From Eledone cirrhosa (lineage: Eukaryota), in contig OZ024761.1 in the NCBI GenBank assembly GCA_964016885.1, positions 27,900,001 to 27,964,000 on the forward strand: 64,000 bases of DNA. The letters run 5' to 3'. A program made the position numbers and the translations under genes. Shown here one piece after another: positions 1 to 15,681 of the stretch. Under the pieces are notes generated by a model. It ran no database searches, was not told where the DNA came from, and was given only the letters and a program-made list of their open reading frames with translations. Position 1 is the stretch's first letter; each line of letters begins with the position of its first letter.

Positions 1-19
1 TTGAATATTGTTTAATAAA

Positions 20-74
<55 letters not shown>

Positions 75-260
75 ATTGGTATGTCATATATACCAGAACT
101 GATGTCATATATACCAGGATTGATATGTTATATGTGGTTGCTCCCTTTGATAATTCAATGGTTTGCATACTAGACACCTCGTAGCTCACATTAATTACGG
201 ACTCACGGTGGTTATTAAAATCAAGACTGATATTTCAGTGAGTTATTTCTAGGATATTTA

Positions 261-446
261 AGGGCGGAGGATTGGCAGTATCGGTAGAGCGTCGGACACT
301 ATGCTTTGACGCATGGAGTTACGGTCCTTGCCATTCTGAGTTCAAATCCCGCCGAGGTTTACATTGCCTTTCATCCTACGGGGTCGATAAAATAAAGTAC
401 CAGTAATGCACTGGGTAATTGCTGGCCTTGTGCCAAAAGTAGAAAC
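261..446 (+). mobile_element. tRNA-derived SINE (family 1), full length, with 17-bp target-site duplication
   Basis: A-box-like TGGCAGTATCGGT and B-box GAGTTCAAATCC; body ...GGGGTCGATAAAATAAAGTACCAG...GGCCTTGTGCC...AGAAAC recurs about 10 times in the window; AGTTATTTCTAGGATAT at 241-257 and 447-463. Confidence 0.85.
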
Positions 447-929
447 AGTTATTTCTAGGATATAATTACATTTATATATATATGACATACAGGATTAAGT
501 GTTTGGGTAGCTTCAGTGAAATAACTATTTACAGGGACAATGTAAATAGTTGTTTAAGAAACGAACTTGTAAATAGTTATATAAGAAACGAACTTCATAT
601 TGTAGCAACATCATTGAGAAACTAAATACATTGTATGAATGTATATGTGTAATATGGTTGTATGTTAAATATTCTAAGATACAGACAATAAATATACAGG
701 CAAAGGGCGTGTTATTTCTGTAGATGATGATCGATATATATCTATATAGAAATTAGTTAGCCAGTATAAATGAGTGAGGGACACCATATTGGTATATGGT
801 GTATCTAGGGATTTTAAAAATCAAAATCTGGCGGAGTATATACCAGAACCACTCCATGTCTGAATACAGTAGAGTTCTTCCAGAAAAGAATATAGAGTGA
901 TAGAATGGAAGAGAGAAAGACATATAGTG

Positions 930-1092
930 GAAAAATCGACCCCATTACTTGACTGGTACTCTTTTCAGCGACCTCGAATGGATAAAATGCAAAGTTGGCT
1001 TCGGCGGGATTTGAACACAGAGAGCTCAGAGGCGGTACGAATACCGCAAAACATTCTATCCGACGCTCTAACGACTTTGCCAATTCGCCGCC
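930..1092 (-). mobile_element. diverged family-1 SINE
   Basis: Reverse complement shows GGCGGCGAATTGGCAAAGTCGTTAGAGCGTCGG head and GTGTTCAAATCCCGCCGA B-box region. Confidence 0.7.
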
Positions 1093-2181
1093 GACTGAGA
1101 AAGGAGAGGAGGAGTTGGAGGAAGAGGTTGAAATAAGGAAGATATGGAAGTAATAAACGAGATAGATACCGAATGTGTAATGTGTATGATTGCTGACAGT
1201 AAAATGGGTGGCGATAGTATAGTTATTTTAATGGGTAGAATCGATCAGAAAATACATAACCTTGTTAGTTTATGATTCATAAAATGACCTCACTGTTCAA
1301 TACCATTTAACTGTGTATAGATCTGTGGTAAATATTGATTGTCCCGGTTATAAAATTATTTTAATAAAACCTGAATAGGTAACGTTTATATTTTATATTT
1401 ATATTTTTATAGTAAGAAAATATAAGAAGACGCGAAATAATTTTCAAATCTTGGGAAGGACTATTAACGATTTTTTTTCTGTATATAGTTTTACATAATG
1501 AAACTAATTTCTTTTCAGAAAGAGCTATTAATGACATGATTTAACGAGACTATTAGGTTATGATATGTTATAATTGTTTCTATTAGATTATGATATGTTA
1601 TAATAACTTGTAAATATATGTATGTATGGACACGGAAATCATGATGGAATCGTGGGAGAGCTGTAGTGATTTACAGCGTGCATTAGGTTTTTAAAGCCGA
1701 GAGGAGACCACCCTCTCTCCAGGCCTGCACACAGCCCCTTTCTTCCAGAGAATGCGCAAGAGATGCAACAAATAGATATATAGAGAGAGAGAGACCACCA
1801 AGGACTGTATATACGGAACTTTTGGACATCTGTCATATCACATTGTTTACATATGTTCATCTGCTGATGACGTATTACATTAAAATAACATTAGGTAATC
1901 ACAATTTAATGCCTTTGAAAGGTACATAATGGTTGTTATGTAATGTAATAAACCGAAATTTAAAATGTAAAACCATCTTTTCTTTCTTAATGAATTAACT
2001 ATACTCTATTGGATACCTTCTTAATGAAATGGACACACAGACGTGAAGTGTTTGAAAGGGTTACACCATACCTTGTTAACTGAGAAAATCAGCCAACTCT
2101 CAGACTTATAGAAAAACCAATATATATACATACATACATACATATATATGTATACATATATATATAAATAAATATATATAT

Positions 2182-2213
<32 letters not shown>

Positions 2214-2223
2214 GTATACACAT

Positions 2224-2273
<50 letters not shown>

Positions 2274-2787
2274 CGTACAAGCACACACATTATATATGAG
2301 TATTGATATACACATAAATGCGTACATATATTTACATGTAACTACGAACAGAAAATTGCACTCTTACATACGCAAACATCTCCCTAAGGAGCTGGGTAGA
2401 GGTAAAAGAAGGAGGGGATAATGTTAGCTCTTTTGTGTTCCGCATTGCGTTTCGTTTCGTTTCGTTTTATACCGCCAAGCCTGGCTTATATTTAATGTCT
2501 TCATTCAATAACTGATCTGTTCTGATTTGACACTTAATGTGGGATTTTAACTTGAATGGACCGCTTCCCCGTGAACAGTTTATCAGAGGCCGAGTCACTT
2601 ATCCGCTAGTTAACATGCACGGCGTGGGAATTATTTATGGCAAATGCACATACATGTTTTACTGAGGCTTTAAAAATATATATCGCTCAAGCGATTCTCA
2701 TATATCTACGTGTGTATGTACGTGTGTGGATGTGTTCATGTATATATGTTGGTTCATGTACATATATATATATATATATATATACAG

Positions 2788-2855
<68 letters not shown>

Positions 2856-2896
2856 ATATATATCGGTATATATGTATCGGTACATATATATATGTA

Positions 2897-3067
<171 letters not shown>

Positions 3068-3191
3068 ATATATATATATATGTATGTATATATATATGTA
3101 TGTATATATATATATATATATATGTATGTATATATATATATATATGTATATGTATATATATATATTTATAAGTATGTATATATATATATAT

Positions 3192-3223
<32 letters not shown>

Positions 3224-3234
3224 GTATTTATATG

Positions 3235-3280
<46 letters not shown>

Positions 3281-3305
3281 ATATACATATATGTATGTAT
3301 GTATG

Positions 3306-3338
<33 letters not shown>

Positions 3339-3467
3339 ATATGTATGTATTTATATATATGTATTTATATATGTATTTATATGTATATATATGTATTTAT
3401 ATATATGTATTTATATATAGGTATAAATATATATATATATATATATATGTATTTATATATAGGTATA

Positions 3468-3522
<55 letters not shown>

Positions 3523-3615
3523 TTATATATATATATTTATATATATGTATTTATATATGTATTTATATATATATATGTATTTATATATATGTATTTATAT
3601 ATAGGTATATATATG

Positions 3616-3668
<53 letters not shown>

Positions 3669-3784
3669 ATATATGCAAATATATCACATAAATCTGGTTT
3701 TATTGCGCGGATGTGTGTGTATAGATATTCTTTACTAAATATCTATTAACTACAACAGCACCTCTCATGTTCCGCCTATACATA

Positions 3785-3819
<35 letters not shown>

Positions 3820-3862
3820 GTATATATGTATATATATATGTATTTATATATATATGTATATA

Positions 3863-3973
<111 letters not shown>

Positions 3974-4150
3974 ATATATATGATTGTATATATATATATA
4001 TATATGTATATATGATTTTATAAATATATATATGTATATATATATATGTATATATATATATGTATATATATATATGTATATATATATATGTATATATATA
4101 TGTATATATATGTATATATATAAATATGTATATATATATATACACATATA

Positions 4151-4192
<42 letters not shown>

Positions 4193-4197
4193 TAAAC

Positions 4198-4228
<31 letters not shown>

Positions 4229-4235
4229 TAAACAT

Positions 4236-4346
<111 letters not shown>

Positions 4347-4526
4347 TATACATTCATACCCACCAACACACACATAAGTGTGATCTATGTAGGTATATCA
4401 AGGATTAAGAACTGGCTACTCTGTGGATCTTTTATATTAACGTATAGGTAAATGTAATTATGTTTCATGATAAAGTATGAACAAATTTCCATATCTATTC
4501 ACTTATATACACACACACACACATAT

Positions 4527-4596
<70 letters not shown>

Positions 4597-4725
4597 GTAT
4601 ATATATATATATTTATTTTTATATAAATATATATATATAAAAATAAATATATATATATATATATATAGCTATACATAATGTAAATGAATGTGTTTTTATA
4701 TATATAAATATATATATATATATAT

Positions 4726-4802
<77 letters not shown>

Positions 4803-5002
4803 GTATATATGTATATATATAAATATGTGTGTGTGTGTGTGTGTCCCGAAAAAAATGTATACACACTTTGATTATCTGTACAGGCAATATTTATTAGAAT
4901 GCTGTTGAAGTGTGCATATATTTTATGGGGACACTCTGTGTGTGTGTGTGTGTGTGTATGTGTGTGTGTGTAATCTTGTTTTTCTGCACACAGACACGCA
5001 CA

Positions 5003-5048
<46 letters not shown>

Positions 5049-5889
5049 CACACACAAACACACACACACACACACTCACACACATTTACATACACCTTTC
5101 TATTTAGTATATTTGATTGTGAGGAATACACATACTAAATAATATGCTTAAAATTTCATGAAGTAGATTTAACAATATACGTTTAAGTTTTATCTGAATG
5201 AGTTATATATAGTTCAGTCTCTACTCATGTGCTCTTTTTCGAAACTAGTAAATTAAATCTGCTTGAGATGAGGCCGCGTATATATTATTATACAAAGAAA
5301 TAGGGGATGAGAAGGAGGAGTAGTGATGCTGATGAGGATGTGGAAGGAGATAAGCGGGGAAAGAGGGTGTAAGGATTAGAATTAAAGTAAATTTCTGACG
5401 AAAGAATGAATAAATATGTGGATGTTTAAAGTGTTTATATTTAAATTAAAACCTTGCATCTTAATTTATGCTGTTGTCTCTACAGCTGGATGCCTTTCCT
5501 GCAACTAACCACATTATAGAGAGCCCCGAGTGTATTATATGTTGTATCAGTACCAGAGGTAACTGGAGTGTCATGTCAGACTTTTTAGGCTTGTGTTCCA
5601 AGGCGTCGAACCCTTCCCAACACAAACCATGTTACCAAATGTACTGAGTCCTTTATGTTGTTGTAACAACACAAGGGGAGTTGGCAGTCATAAATTCTGA
5701 CATAGGTTATTATTACGCCAAACATCAGCTTTGAGTACGTTTTGTTGTTGGACCAACACGAGGGAGGTTAGCAGCCATAAACTCTACTGACATATGTTAA
5801 GTATAACTCCAAACATCAGCTTAAAAATGAAAAGTTGTTTTTTTTGTTATACTAAATTCTCCAAATTGTTTTTATTATAATCAGAAATA

Positions 5890-6180
5890 GCAGCTTTGGC
5901 CGTGTTTTTTTACTATAGAAATTTTAGCCTGATATTGCGGTTTAGAACCCTCTAAGATATGGAAAATGATGAGTATTGGTGGCTTCTAAATCCCACCATC
6001 GGGCTAAAATTTATTTAGCCTGATAGTGGGATTTAGAACTCTCTAAGAAATGGAAAAAGATTTGGTGGGTTCTAAACACCATTATCAGGCTAAAATTTCT
6101 TTAGTAAAAAAAATACGGTGAAAGCTTGTTTCTTATTTCAAACTCGCTCGCTGTTTCAAAAACAAACTTACTTGTTTTTA
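5890..6180. mobile_element. nested inverted-repeat (fold-back) non-autonomous element
   Basis: AAATTTTAGCCTGATA...TTTAGAAC motifs in both orientations; same family as 7660-7867. Confidence 0.55.
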
Positions 6181-6182
6181 TT

Positions 6183-6295
6183 TGAGTTCAAATCCCGCCG
6201 AGATTAACTTTCCCTTTCATCCTTACGGGGTCGATAAAATAAAGTACCAATAATACACTGGAATAATTGCTGGCCTTGAGCCAAAAGTAGAAACA
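6183..6295 (+). mobile_element. 5'-truncated family-1 SINE
   Basis: GAGTTCAAATCCCGCCGAG...GGGGTCGATAAAATAAAGTACC...AGAAAC. Confidence 0.8.
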
Positions 6296-6615
6296 AATAT
6301 ATTCAAAATGGATTGAAATAGTTAATATAAAATATGACATGCTCATGCACAGAGATGCTATAAAATAGAGAAGAAACTCCACTCAAGCAAGTTTTTTCCG
6401 TCTTTAACTGCTCAACGTTCTCTCTCAAGTTTACAAGGAAGTTGTCACCATAGAGACTAACGTGTTGACAGACTTGCACTTAACATTACCGCGTATTCAA
6501 TCAGTGAATAATTATATTTATTGTGAAGAATATGAAACAAAGTAATTGAAATATATGTAATTGTTCAACAGTATTCAAATTGTTATTAATCTTCACCGAG
6601 GAAGTCAGTCTAAAC

Positions 6616-6961
6616 CAGAGGTTCTCAAACTTTTGGGGCCACAACCCCACTCAGGACCACGTAATACACTCAGTGCCCTCCAACCCTATTTTCAGAGAGA
6701 CCTACCTACACGCAAATTGTAAATAATATATAATAAATAAAATCGTTAATGTATATATAATAAATAATATAATATATAGTATGTATAAATAAATATATAT
6801 TTTTTATTTTACTATAATTATATAATATATATATCATTTGATATTTAATATACTATTATATCATCTCTACCACCACACTACCGTCTTGGGCTCCAGTCCC
6901 CGCCTCCAGACCTTCTCAATGCCCCATGGGGGACAGTAACGCCCACTTTCAGATCCCTCTC
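6616..6961. mobile_element. hAT (Charlie-like) MITE
   Basis: Left TIR CAGAGGTTCTCAAACT, degenerate right TIR ACTTTCAGATCCCTCTC; 8-bp TSD GTCTAAAC at 6608-6615 and 6962-6969. Confidence 0.75.
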
Positions 6962-6975
6962 GTCTAAACATTATT

Positions 6976-7149
6976 TGGCAGTATCGGTAGAGGGTTGAAC
7001 GTCATGCTTTCTAGCATATTTACGTCCCTATACGGTCTGAGTTCAAATCCTATCGAGGTTAACTTTGCCTCTCATCCTTACGGGGTCGATAAAATAAAGT
7101 ACCAGTAATGTATTGGTGAATTTCTGGGCTTGTGCCAAAAGTAGAAACA
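6976..7149 (+). mobile_element. family-1 SINE
   Basis: TGGCAGTATCGGT A-box, GAGTTCAAATCC B-box, conserved 3' body. Confidence 0.8.
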
Positions 7150-7492
7150 CTTATTGGGAAACATTTATGAAGGTGCGTATATAATTAACAAATATTCTTA
7201 CCGGCAACCTAGCGGTGGTCTTTTTTACTAGTTCTATATAAAAGAGGCCATTCCATTAATGGAACAACTGAAATATTCATCTAAGGAACCGCTGGATGTC
7301 CTTTTACCTCTCCATAAATTGACTATCAGTTACTCTATACATATGAGACACTTACATACAGAAACGGTCTGATTATAGATATAGAATTAGGTGAAATACG
7401 AAATATTATATAGATTCCAATCTAAATGTATAAACGTATGGCTTTTAATCACTTGAAAGAAAAAAAGAATTTTTACATTTTTACTTGCTTCA

Positions 7493-7569
<77 letters not shown>

Positions 7570-7622
7570 TCTCTTTCTCTCTCTCTCACTCTCTCTCTCT
7601 CTACACACACACATATCAATAT

Positions 7623-7654
<32 letters not shown>

Positions 7655-7725
7655 GACAAGTAAGTATGTTTTGAAACAGTGAGCAGGTTTGAAATTAGAA
7701 AATAGAATAGCTTTCACCGTATTTT

Positions 7726-7864
7726 TGACTAAAGAAATTTTAGTCTGATAATGGGGTTTAGAACCCTCAGATAAATGGAAAAAGATGAGTATTGACGTCA
7801 ATACTCATCTTTTCCCCTTTATCTGAGGGTTCTAAACCCCATTATCAGCCTAAAATTTCTTTAG

Positions 7865-7867
<3 letters not shown>
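7726..7867. repeat. near-perfect palindrome, part of a fold-back element (about 7660-7867)
   Basis: About 70-bp arms centred on TGACGTCA (7793-7800); ends in (TA)n. Confidence 0.85.
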
Positions 7868-7900
<33 letters not shown>

Positions 7901-7978
7901 GTACATGGTTTGTTCGTTTATCCATATCCTCGCTCATATTTAAAATCATATATATCCAAACGTTCTTCATACGCATAT

Positions 7979-8024
<46 letters not shown>

Positions 8025-8078
8025 GTGTGTGCGTAAGAGGAAGAGAGACACAGAGAGAACGTGCTGTAGTGCAAGATG

Positions 8079-8160
<82 letters not shown>

Positions 8161-8181
8161 GTATATATATATGTATACATG

Positions 8182-8250
<69 letters not shown>

Positions 8251-8261
8251 GTATATATATG

Positions 8262-8296
<35 letters not shown>

Positions 8297-8297
8297 G

Positions 8298-8346
<49 letters not shown>

Positions 8347-8389
8347 GTATATATATATATGTATATATATATATATGTATATATATATG

Positions 8390-8442
<53 letters not shown>

Positions 8443-8487
8443 GTATATATATATATGTATATATATATATATGTATATATATATATG

Positions 8488-8581
<94 letters not shown>

Positions 8582-8597
8582 CATGTTTACATATATA

Positions 8598-8656
<59 letters not shown>

Positions 8657-8658
8657 AC

Positions 8659-8708
<50 letters not shown>

Positions 8709-9141
8709 ATATATAAAGTGTGTGTACGTACTTGAATATAGACTGTTCACAAATATGATCTGTGTAGGAAAACTAATAGAAGCAGGGGTATGTGATTGGA
8801 AAAAAACATGGGATGTATGCATTACATACATATATGTCATCCTGTGAATGTTCTTAGCGCAAATACATTATACATGTTTATATGCACACACATACGTGTA
8901 TGAGTGGTGGTGCTGGTGGTGGTGCTGGTGGTGGTGCTGGTGGTGGTGGTGGTGGGCATTGGGGTGGAGGGGAGTGGTGCCCTCGCCGCAGCGTCTCCTA
9001 CGGCGAAGGAGGGAAAGTGTTTAGAGGTATAGAGATGAGAGGCTTTACAGCGCTGCAAAGGTGTAAGTGGAAACATTATAAAAAGCATAAATAAAATCAT
9101 GACACATAGAAGAGTCTCACACACACAGCCATATATGTATG

Positions 9142-9181
<40 letters not shown>

Positions 9182-9217
9182 CACGTATATATTATATATA
9201 TATACACATATATATAT

Positions 9218-9294
<77 letters not shown>

Positions 9295-9447
9295 ACTATA
9301 TATATATATACATATATACATATATATAAATGTATACATGTATGATTTATCTCTCTCTATAAATACATACACACTCACATATATATATAAATATATATAT
9401 ATACATATATATAAATGTATACATGTATGATTTATCTCTCTCTATAT

Positions 9448-9532
<85 letters not shown>

Positions 9533-9570
9533 TATACATACACACACTACACAGAGAGACACACACACGT

Positions 9571-9605
<35 letters not shown>

Positions 9606-9879
9606 GTATGTGAGAGAAAGAAAGAGAGGAAAGAGAATGCCTGCAACACCTTAATTGATAAACGTTACATTTTTCTCTTCACACACACACACACGCACAC
9701 GCACACGCACACGCAGACACACACACACTGATACATACACATACACACATCACATCCTTCCGTCGTCCCCGAAGTGTCTAGATAAATGGCTTGATCAATA
9801 TTTATACAGTTAGCTAAATAGAAGCGATTGATGTGAGGGGCCCATGAATAATTGAACATGTTCACACTGGATCGTTCAT

Positions 9880-9982
9880 GCTGTTGCTGTTGTTGTTGTT
9901 GTTGTTGGTAGTGGTGGTGGTGGTAGTGTTGTTGTTGTTGTTGTTGTTGGTAGTAGTGTTGTCGTTAGTTGTGGTGCTGTTG

Positions 9983-10014
<32 letters not shown>

Positions 10015-11700
10015 GTTCTTGTTGTTGGTGGTGGTGTTGGTAGTAGTGTTGTTGTTGTGGTTGTGCTGTTGTTGTTGGTGGTGGTGTTGGTGGTAGTGTT
10101 GGTGGTGGTGGTGGTAGTGTTGTTGTTGTTGTTGGTGTTGGTAGTAGTGTTGTCGTTAGCTGTGGTGCTGTTGTTGTTGTTGGTGGTGGTGGTGTTGGTG
10201 GTAGTGTTGGTGGTGGTGGTGTTCTTGTTGGTGTTGGTAGTGTTGTTGTTGTTGGTGGTGGTGTTGGTGGTGGTGGTAGTGTTGTTGTTGTTGGTAGTAG
10301 TGTTGTCGTTAGTTGTGGTGCTGTTGTTGTTGTTGTTGGTAGTGGTGGTGGTGGTAGTGGTGGTAGTGTTGTTGTTGTTGGTGGTAGTGTTGTTGTTGGT
10401 AGTGCTGGTGGTGGTGTTGGTGGTAGTGTTGCTGGTGGTAGTGTTGTTGGTGTTGGTAGTGTTGTTGTTGGTGTTGGTAGTGGTGGTAGTGTTGTTGGTG
10501 TTGTTGTTGTTGGTTGTAGTGGTCGTGTTGTTGTTAGTTGTGGTGATGTTGTTGGTGGTGGTGGTGTGTTGGTGGTAGTGGTGGTAGTAGTGTTGGTGGT
10601 GGTGTTTGTGGTGTGTTGGTAGTGGTAGTGTTGGTGGTGTTGGTAGTGGTAGTGTTGGTGGTCGTGGTGTTAGTGTTCGTGGTGGCAGTTTTGTTGTTTT
10701 TGGTGTTGGTGTTGTTGTTGTAGTTGGTGGTGGTGGTATTGTTGGTGTTGTTAGTTGTGGGGATGTTGTTGTTGGTGGTAGTGTTTGCGTTGTTGTTGGT
10801 GGTGGTGTTGTTGGTAGTTTTGTTGTTAGCGACGGTTTTGTTGTTGGTAGTGTTGGTTGTGGTGGTAGTGTTTGTGTTGTTGTTGTTGTTGGTAGTGTCG
10901 TTGGTGGTAGTGTTGGTGGTGGTGGTAGTGTTAGTGGTAGTGTTGATTTTGTTGTTGGTGGGGGCGTGGTGGTGGAGGTGTTGTTGGTTGGTGGTGGTGT
11001 TGGTGTTGTTGTTGGTACTGTTGGTGTTGTTGGTAGTGGTGTTGTTGTTGTTGTTGTTGTTGGTACTGTTGGTGTTGTTGTTAGTGTTGTTGGTAGTGGT
11101 GTTGTTGTTGTTGTTAATGTCGTTGGTCGTGCTGTTGTTGTTGTTATTGGTAGTGTTGGTGTTGTTGTTAGTAGTGTTGTTTTGTTGGTGTTGACGCTGT
11201 TGGTGGTGGAGGTTTGTTGTTGGTAGTGTTGATGCTGTTGTTGCTGTTAAAGTTGTTGTTATTGTTGGTGGTGTTGTAAATGTTAGTGTTGTCAGTGGTC
11301 GTTTGGTGGCGGTAGTGTAGTTGATGTCGCTGGTGTTTTTATTGCTGTTGGTGTTATTGTTGCCGTTATTGCAGAGGTTGGTGTGGCGGTTGATGTTATA
11401 TAGTTGATGTCGCTGTTGTTGTTGTTGTTGGTGTTCTTGTTGTTGTGGTGCAGTTAGTTTTGGAGTTGTCGTTGATGTAGGAGATTGCAATGGCGGTGGT
11501 ATTTGATGGTAGTGTTGTTGCATCTATTGTAGTTATCGTTTTATGTCTTGTTGTCATCTGTGGTGGTTGGGACGGCGTACATGTTGTAGAGAATGTTGGT
11601 ATTGCTGGGGGTGGTACGGTTGGTGCAGTGGATGTCGAAGGCCTTGGTGGTGTTGATGTAGGTGTTGGCGTCCATGATTGCCGTTGTTCTGTTGTTTGTT
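9880..11700. repeat. cryptic (GTT/GGT/GTA)n low-complexity tract
   Basis: Degenerate trinucleotide repeats. Confidence 0.9.
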
Positions 11701-11914
11701 CGGCTTGAATAATAGCCTTGGCTATCGACAACTTCTCGCTGGCGCTCTCTCTAAATGCAGACACACACACACCAACACACACACTTACACACCACATACT
11801 CTTACACATATACAAACACATGCGCACTCTCACACGTACATACACAGACACTCACAATCACATACACTTACACAGACATTCACTCACACTTCCCCACAAA
11901 CACAAACAGATATA

Positions 11915-11980
<66 letters not shown>

Positions 11981-12038
11981 GTAAATTGCGAATATTAAGA
12001 TATATATGTAATGGTGAAACCGGTAAAGAACATGTGTG

Positions 12039-12082
<44 letters not shown>

Positions 12083-12586
12083 TAACTTACACCTACATAT
12101 GCGCAAACATACATCTTATTTATTCTTTTTTATGTATACATTTCCGTGTCCGTTTACGAGTTTGTTCGACTATTTTCATGTATTCGTGTGGACGTGTGCG
12201 CGCATGTGCGTAGGAATTCGCCTCGTTTTCGAAAACACATCAACAACCGCAAAAAAAAAAAAATATATCACAATACCAAGAAAAAAAACAAACAAAAAAA
12301 GCACGAGTTTAGGAGATGCAGAGTCAATAAATGGTTTTCCTTAAAAGGTATATTCTCTTCCACCCCCAACTATCAGTACCATCTACCCCGTTTGTGTTGT
12401 GAGGGTGGGAAGAAGGGAGAGAGGTGATACGCCATTGCTCCTTTAAATAAAACCACATTCTTGCCATCATTCCTACATTATATATGATGGGACGTTTGTC
12501 GCTTGATTGACGCCGTATTCGTTAGCTAGAGAAGAGACTGCACACACAAACACGTACACACACACACACACACACATACACACACC

Positions 12587-12648
<62 letters not shown>

Positions 12649-12779
12649 TACATATACACACATGTATTATTCCCTTTGGTGTATACATGTATTATTCCCA
12701 AAGTGCTTTCGCTAAAATACGTATATAAATACACCTACACTATCACGAGAGAGTTTCGTTTACACATAAAAAATCCTAT

Positions 12780-14482
12780 CAACAACAACACCAACATCAC
12801 CAATAACACCATAGATAATTAACAACAACAACAGCATTGACAATACCAACCTGAGCACCAACAACAACCTCGGCACCAACAAGACTAATAACACCAAAAA
12901 ATCCTAACAACAGCAACAACAACAATAACACCTACACCAACATCAGTACCAACAACACCAGTAACACCAAAAAATACTAGCAACAACAACAACAACATCA
13001 ACACCAACAACAACACCAACAACACCAACACCAACAACAACACCAACAACACCAACAACATCAGCACCAACAACATCAACACCAACAACACCACCAACAA
13101 CACCAAAAACATCAGCACCAACAACATCAACACCAACAACAACACCAACAAAAACAACAACAACATCAACACCAACAACAACACCAACAACATCAACACC
13201 AACAACACCAACAACACCACCAACAACATCAGCACCAACATCAACACCAACAACAACACCAACAACAACACCAATATCATCAACACCAACAACAACACCA
13301 ACAACAACACCAATAACATCAACACCAACATCAACACCAACAACACCAACAACACCAACAACACCACCACAAACAACACCAACAACACCACCACCAACAA
13401 CACCACCAACAACACCAACAACACCACCACAAACAACACCAACAACACCACCACCAACAACACCACCAACAACACCAACAACACCACCACAAACAACACC
13501 ACCAACAACACCACCAACAACACCAACAACACCACCAACAACAACACCACCAACAACACCAACAACACCAACAACACCAACAACACCACCACAAACAACA
13601 CCACCAACATCAACACCAACAACACCAACAACACCAACAACACCACCACAAACAATACCACCAACAACACCACCAACAACACCAACAACAACACCAACAA
13701 CAACACCACCAACAACACCAACAACACCACCACAAGCAACACCACCAACAACACCAACAACATCAGCACCAACAACATCAACACCAACACCAACAACATC
13801 AGCACCAACAACATCAACACCAGCAACACCACCAACAACACCAAAAACATCAGCACCAACAACATCAGCACCAACAACATCAACACCAACAACACCACCA
13901 ACAACACCAACATCATCAGCACCAACAACAACACCAACAATAACACCAATAACATCAACACCAACAACAACACCAACAACAACACCAATAACATCAACAC
14001 CAACATCAACACCAACAACACCAACAACACCAACAACACCAACAACACCACCACAAACAACACCAACAACACCACCACCAACAACACCACCAACAACACC
14101 AACAACACCACCACAAACAACACCAACAACACCACCACCAACAACACCACCAACAACACCAACAACACCACCACAAACAACACCACCAACAACACCACCA
14201 ACAACACCAACAACACCACCACCAACAACACCACCACCAACAACACCACCAACAACAACAACAACACAAACACCAACACCAACAACACCAAAGATACCAC
14301 CAACAATACCACCAATAAAACACCAACAACAACACCACCAACAACATCGGCAACAACAACACCAACACCAACACCACTAACAACACCATCAACACCACCA
14401 ATAACAACACCAACAACAACACCAACAACCCCAATAACACCAATAATACCATCACCACCACCAACAGCATGAACAACAACAA
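12780..14482. repeat. cryptic (CAA/CAC)n tract with internal higher-order duplications
   Basis: 60-bp units repeated (13381-13500, 14041-14160); the block near 13260-13560 recurs near 13930-14220. Confidence 0.9.
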
Positions 14483-14961
14483 TAAATATATTAAACATTA
14501 ATTTTAGGTTAGTTTATTCAATAATAAATGGTGAAAATATCTTTCAATGAAAGAATTAATTGTAATTTTAGTTTAATTCATATTATTTTATTTTGTGAAG
14601 AAAATGGTGGAAGTCATTCGATTAATACTGCTTCGTAATATACAGGGAAGGGGAGAGAGGGAGAGAGAGAGAGAGCGTGGGGAGAGGAGAGAGAGGGAGA
14701 GAGAGATAAGCAAATACACAGACACATAAACAATTGCACTCACACATTCAGACAGAGAAACAAATGCACACACACACATACACACACACAAAAACAAATA
14801 TACGCACAAAGACAGAAACAAACACACACACAAACACGCAAACAAGAAACACAAATATACACACGCACACACACAAATACATACAGACGCATGCTCACGC
14901 CTACACACTTACACACACATATATGTATTTGTATGTAGATGTATATGTATACGAATGTCAG

Positions 14962-14994
<33 letters not shown>

Positions 14995-15681
14995 ATGTAT
15001 ACCTGCATATATATATATACATACTTATATTTATATATATATATGATTGTGTGTTTGTAGTTCAAGAATAAAAAAAAACAGACAATACCAAAACACAGAC
15101 AAAAAAAAAAGAAAGAAAAGAAAACAGAATATAAAAGAAAATGAAAAGAGAATAGAATTAATAAATGACTTTTGTCTTTAGACTATTTACAAAATATCTT
15201 TATTATAACGTCATAGTCGTTGGTGACTTTTCTTACAAATGGCCGCCAGTGTGTCAGTCTTACCATCATATCTTAACTGATTTCAGCAGACGACAACACT
15301 AGAGAAACTCTTGTTTATAGACAAAGTGTTGTTTATAGACAACAGCTAAAATCTACAACGTTTTGAGCCAGCCAACAAGTCAAACAACCAGTGCGTTAAT
15401 TCACTGTTGGCTTTGAGTTCGTACACAAGAGAAAGTAATTGTACGAATGGATAGGAAGATAAATAGCAAGATAGAAAAATAGATAGATGGATGGGTGAAT
15501 GTGTGGAAGGATAGATGGATGGGTGGAAGGTAGCGTGAATTAATGGATGGGGTTTGTGTTGATAGATAAGACACTAATAGAAATATAAAGATAAATGGAT
15601 AACTATAGATTTGTATAGATGCAGCCACTGAAATAGTATAGAGAAATTGGTCAGGTATGTATGTAGAATATATATATATAT

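Noticed and set aside
261-446. tRNA gene
   Set aside because: A and B boxes belong to a dispersed SINE head with a TSD; no cloverleaf
2623-2630. CGTGGGAA Su(H)/CSL site in non-repetitive sequence
   Set aside because: A single 8-mer is expected by chance in 64 kb; no gene context
12885-14498. 537-aa Leu/Val ORF, and the Thr/Asn-rich ORFs at 10.5-11.5 kb and 36.5-37.2 kb
   Set aside because: Trinucleotide low-complexity sequence open in several frames on both strands
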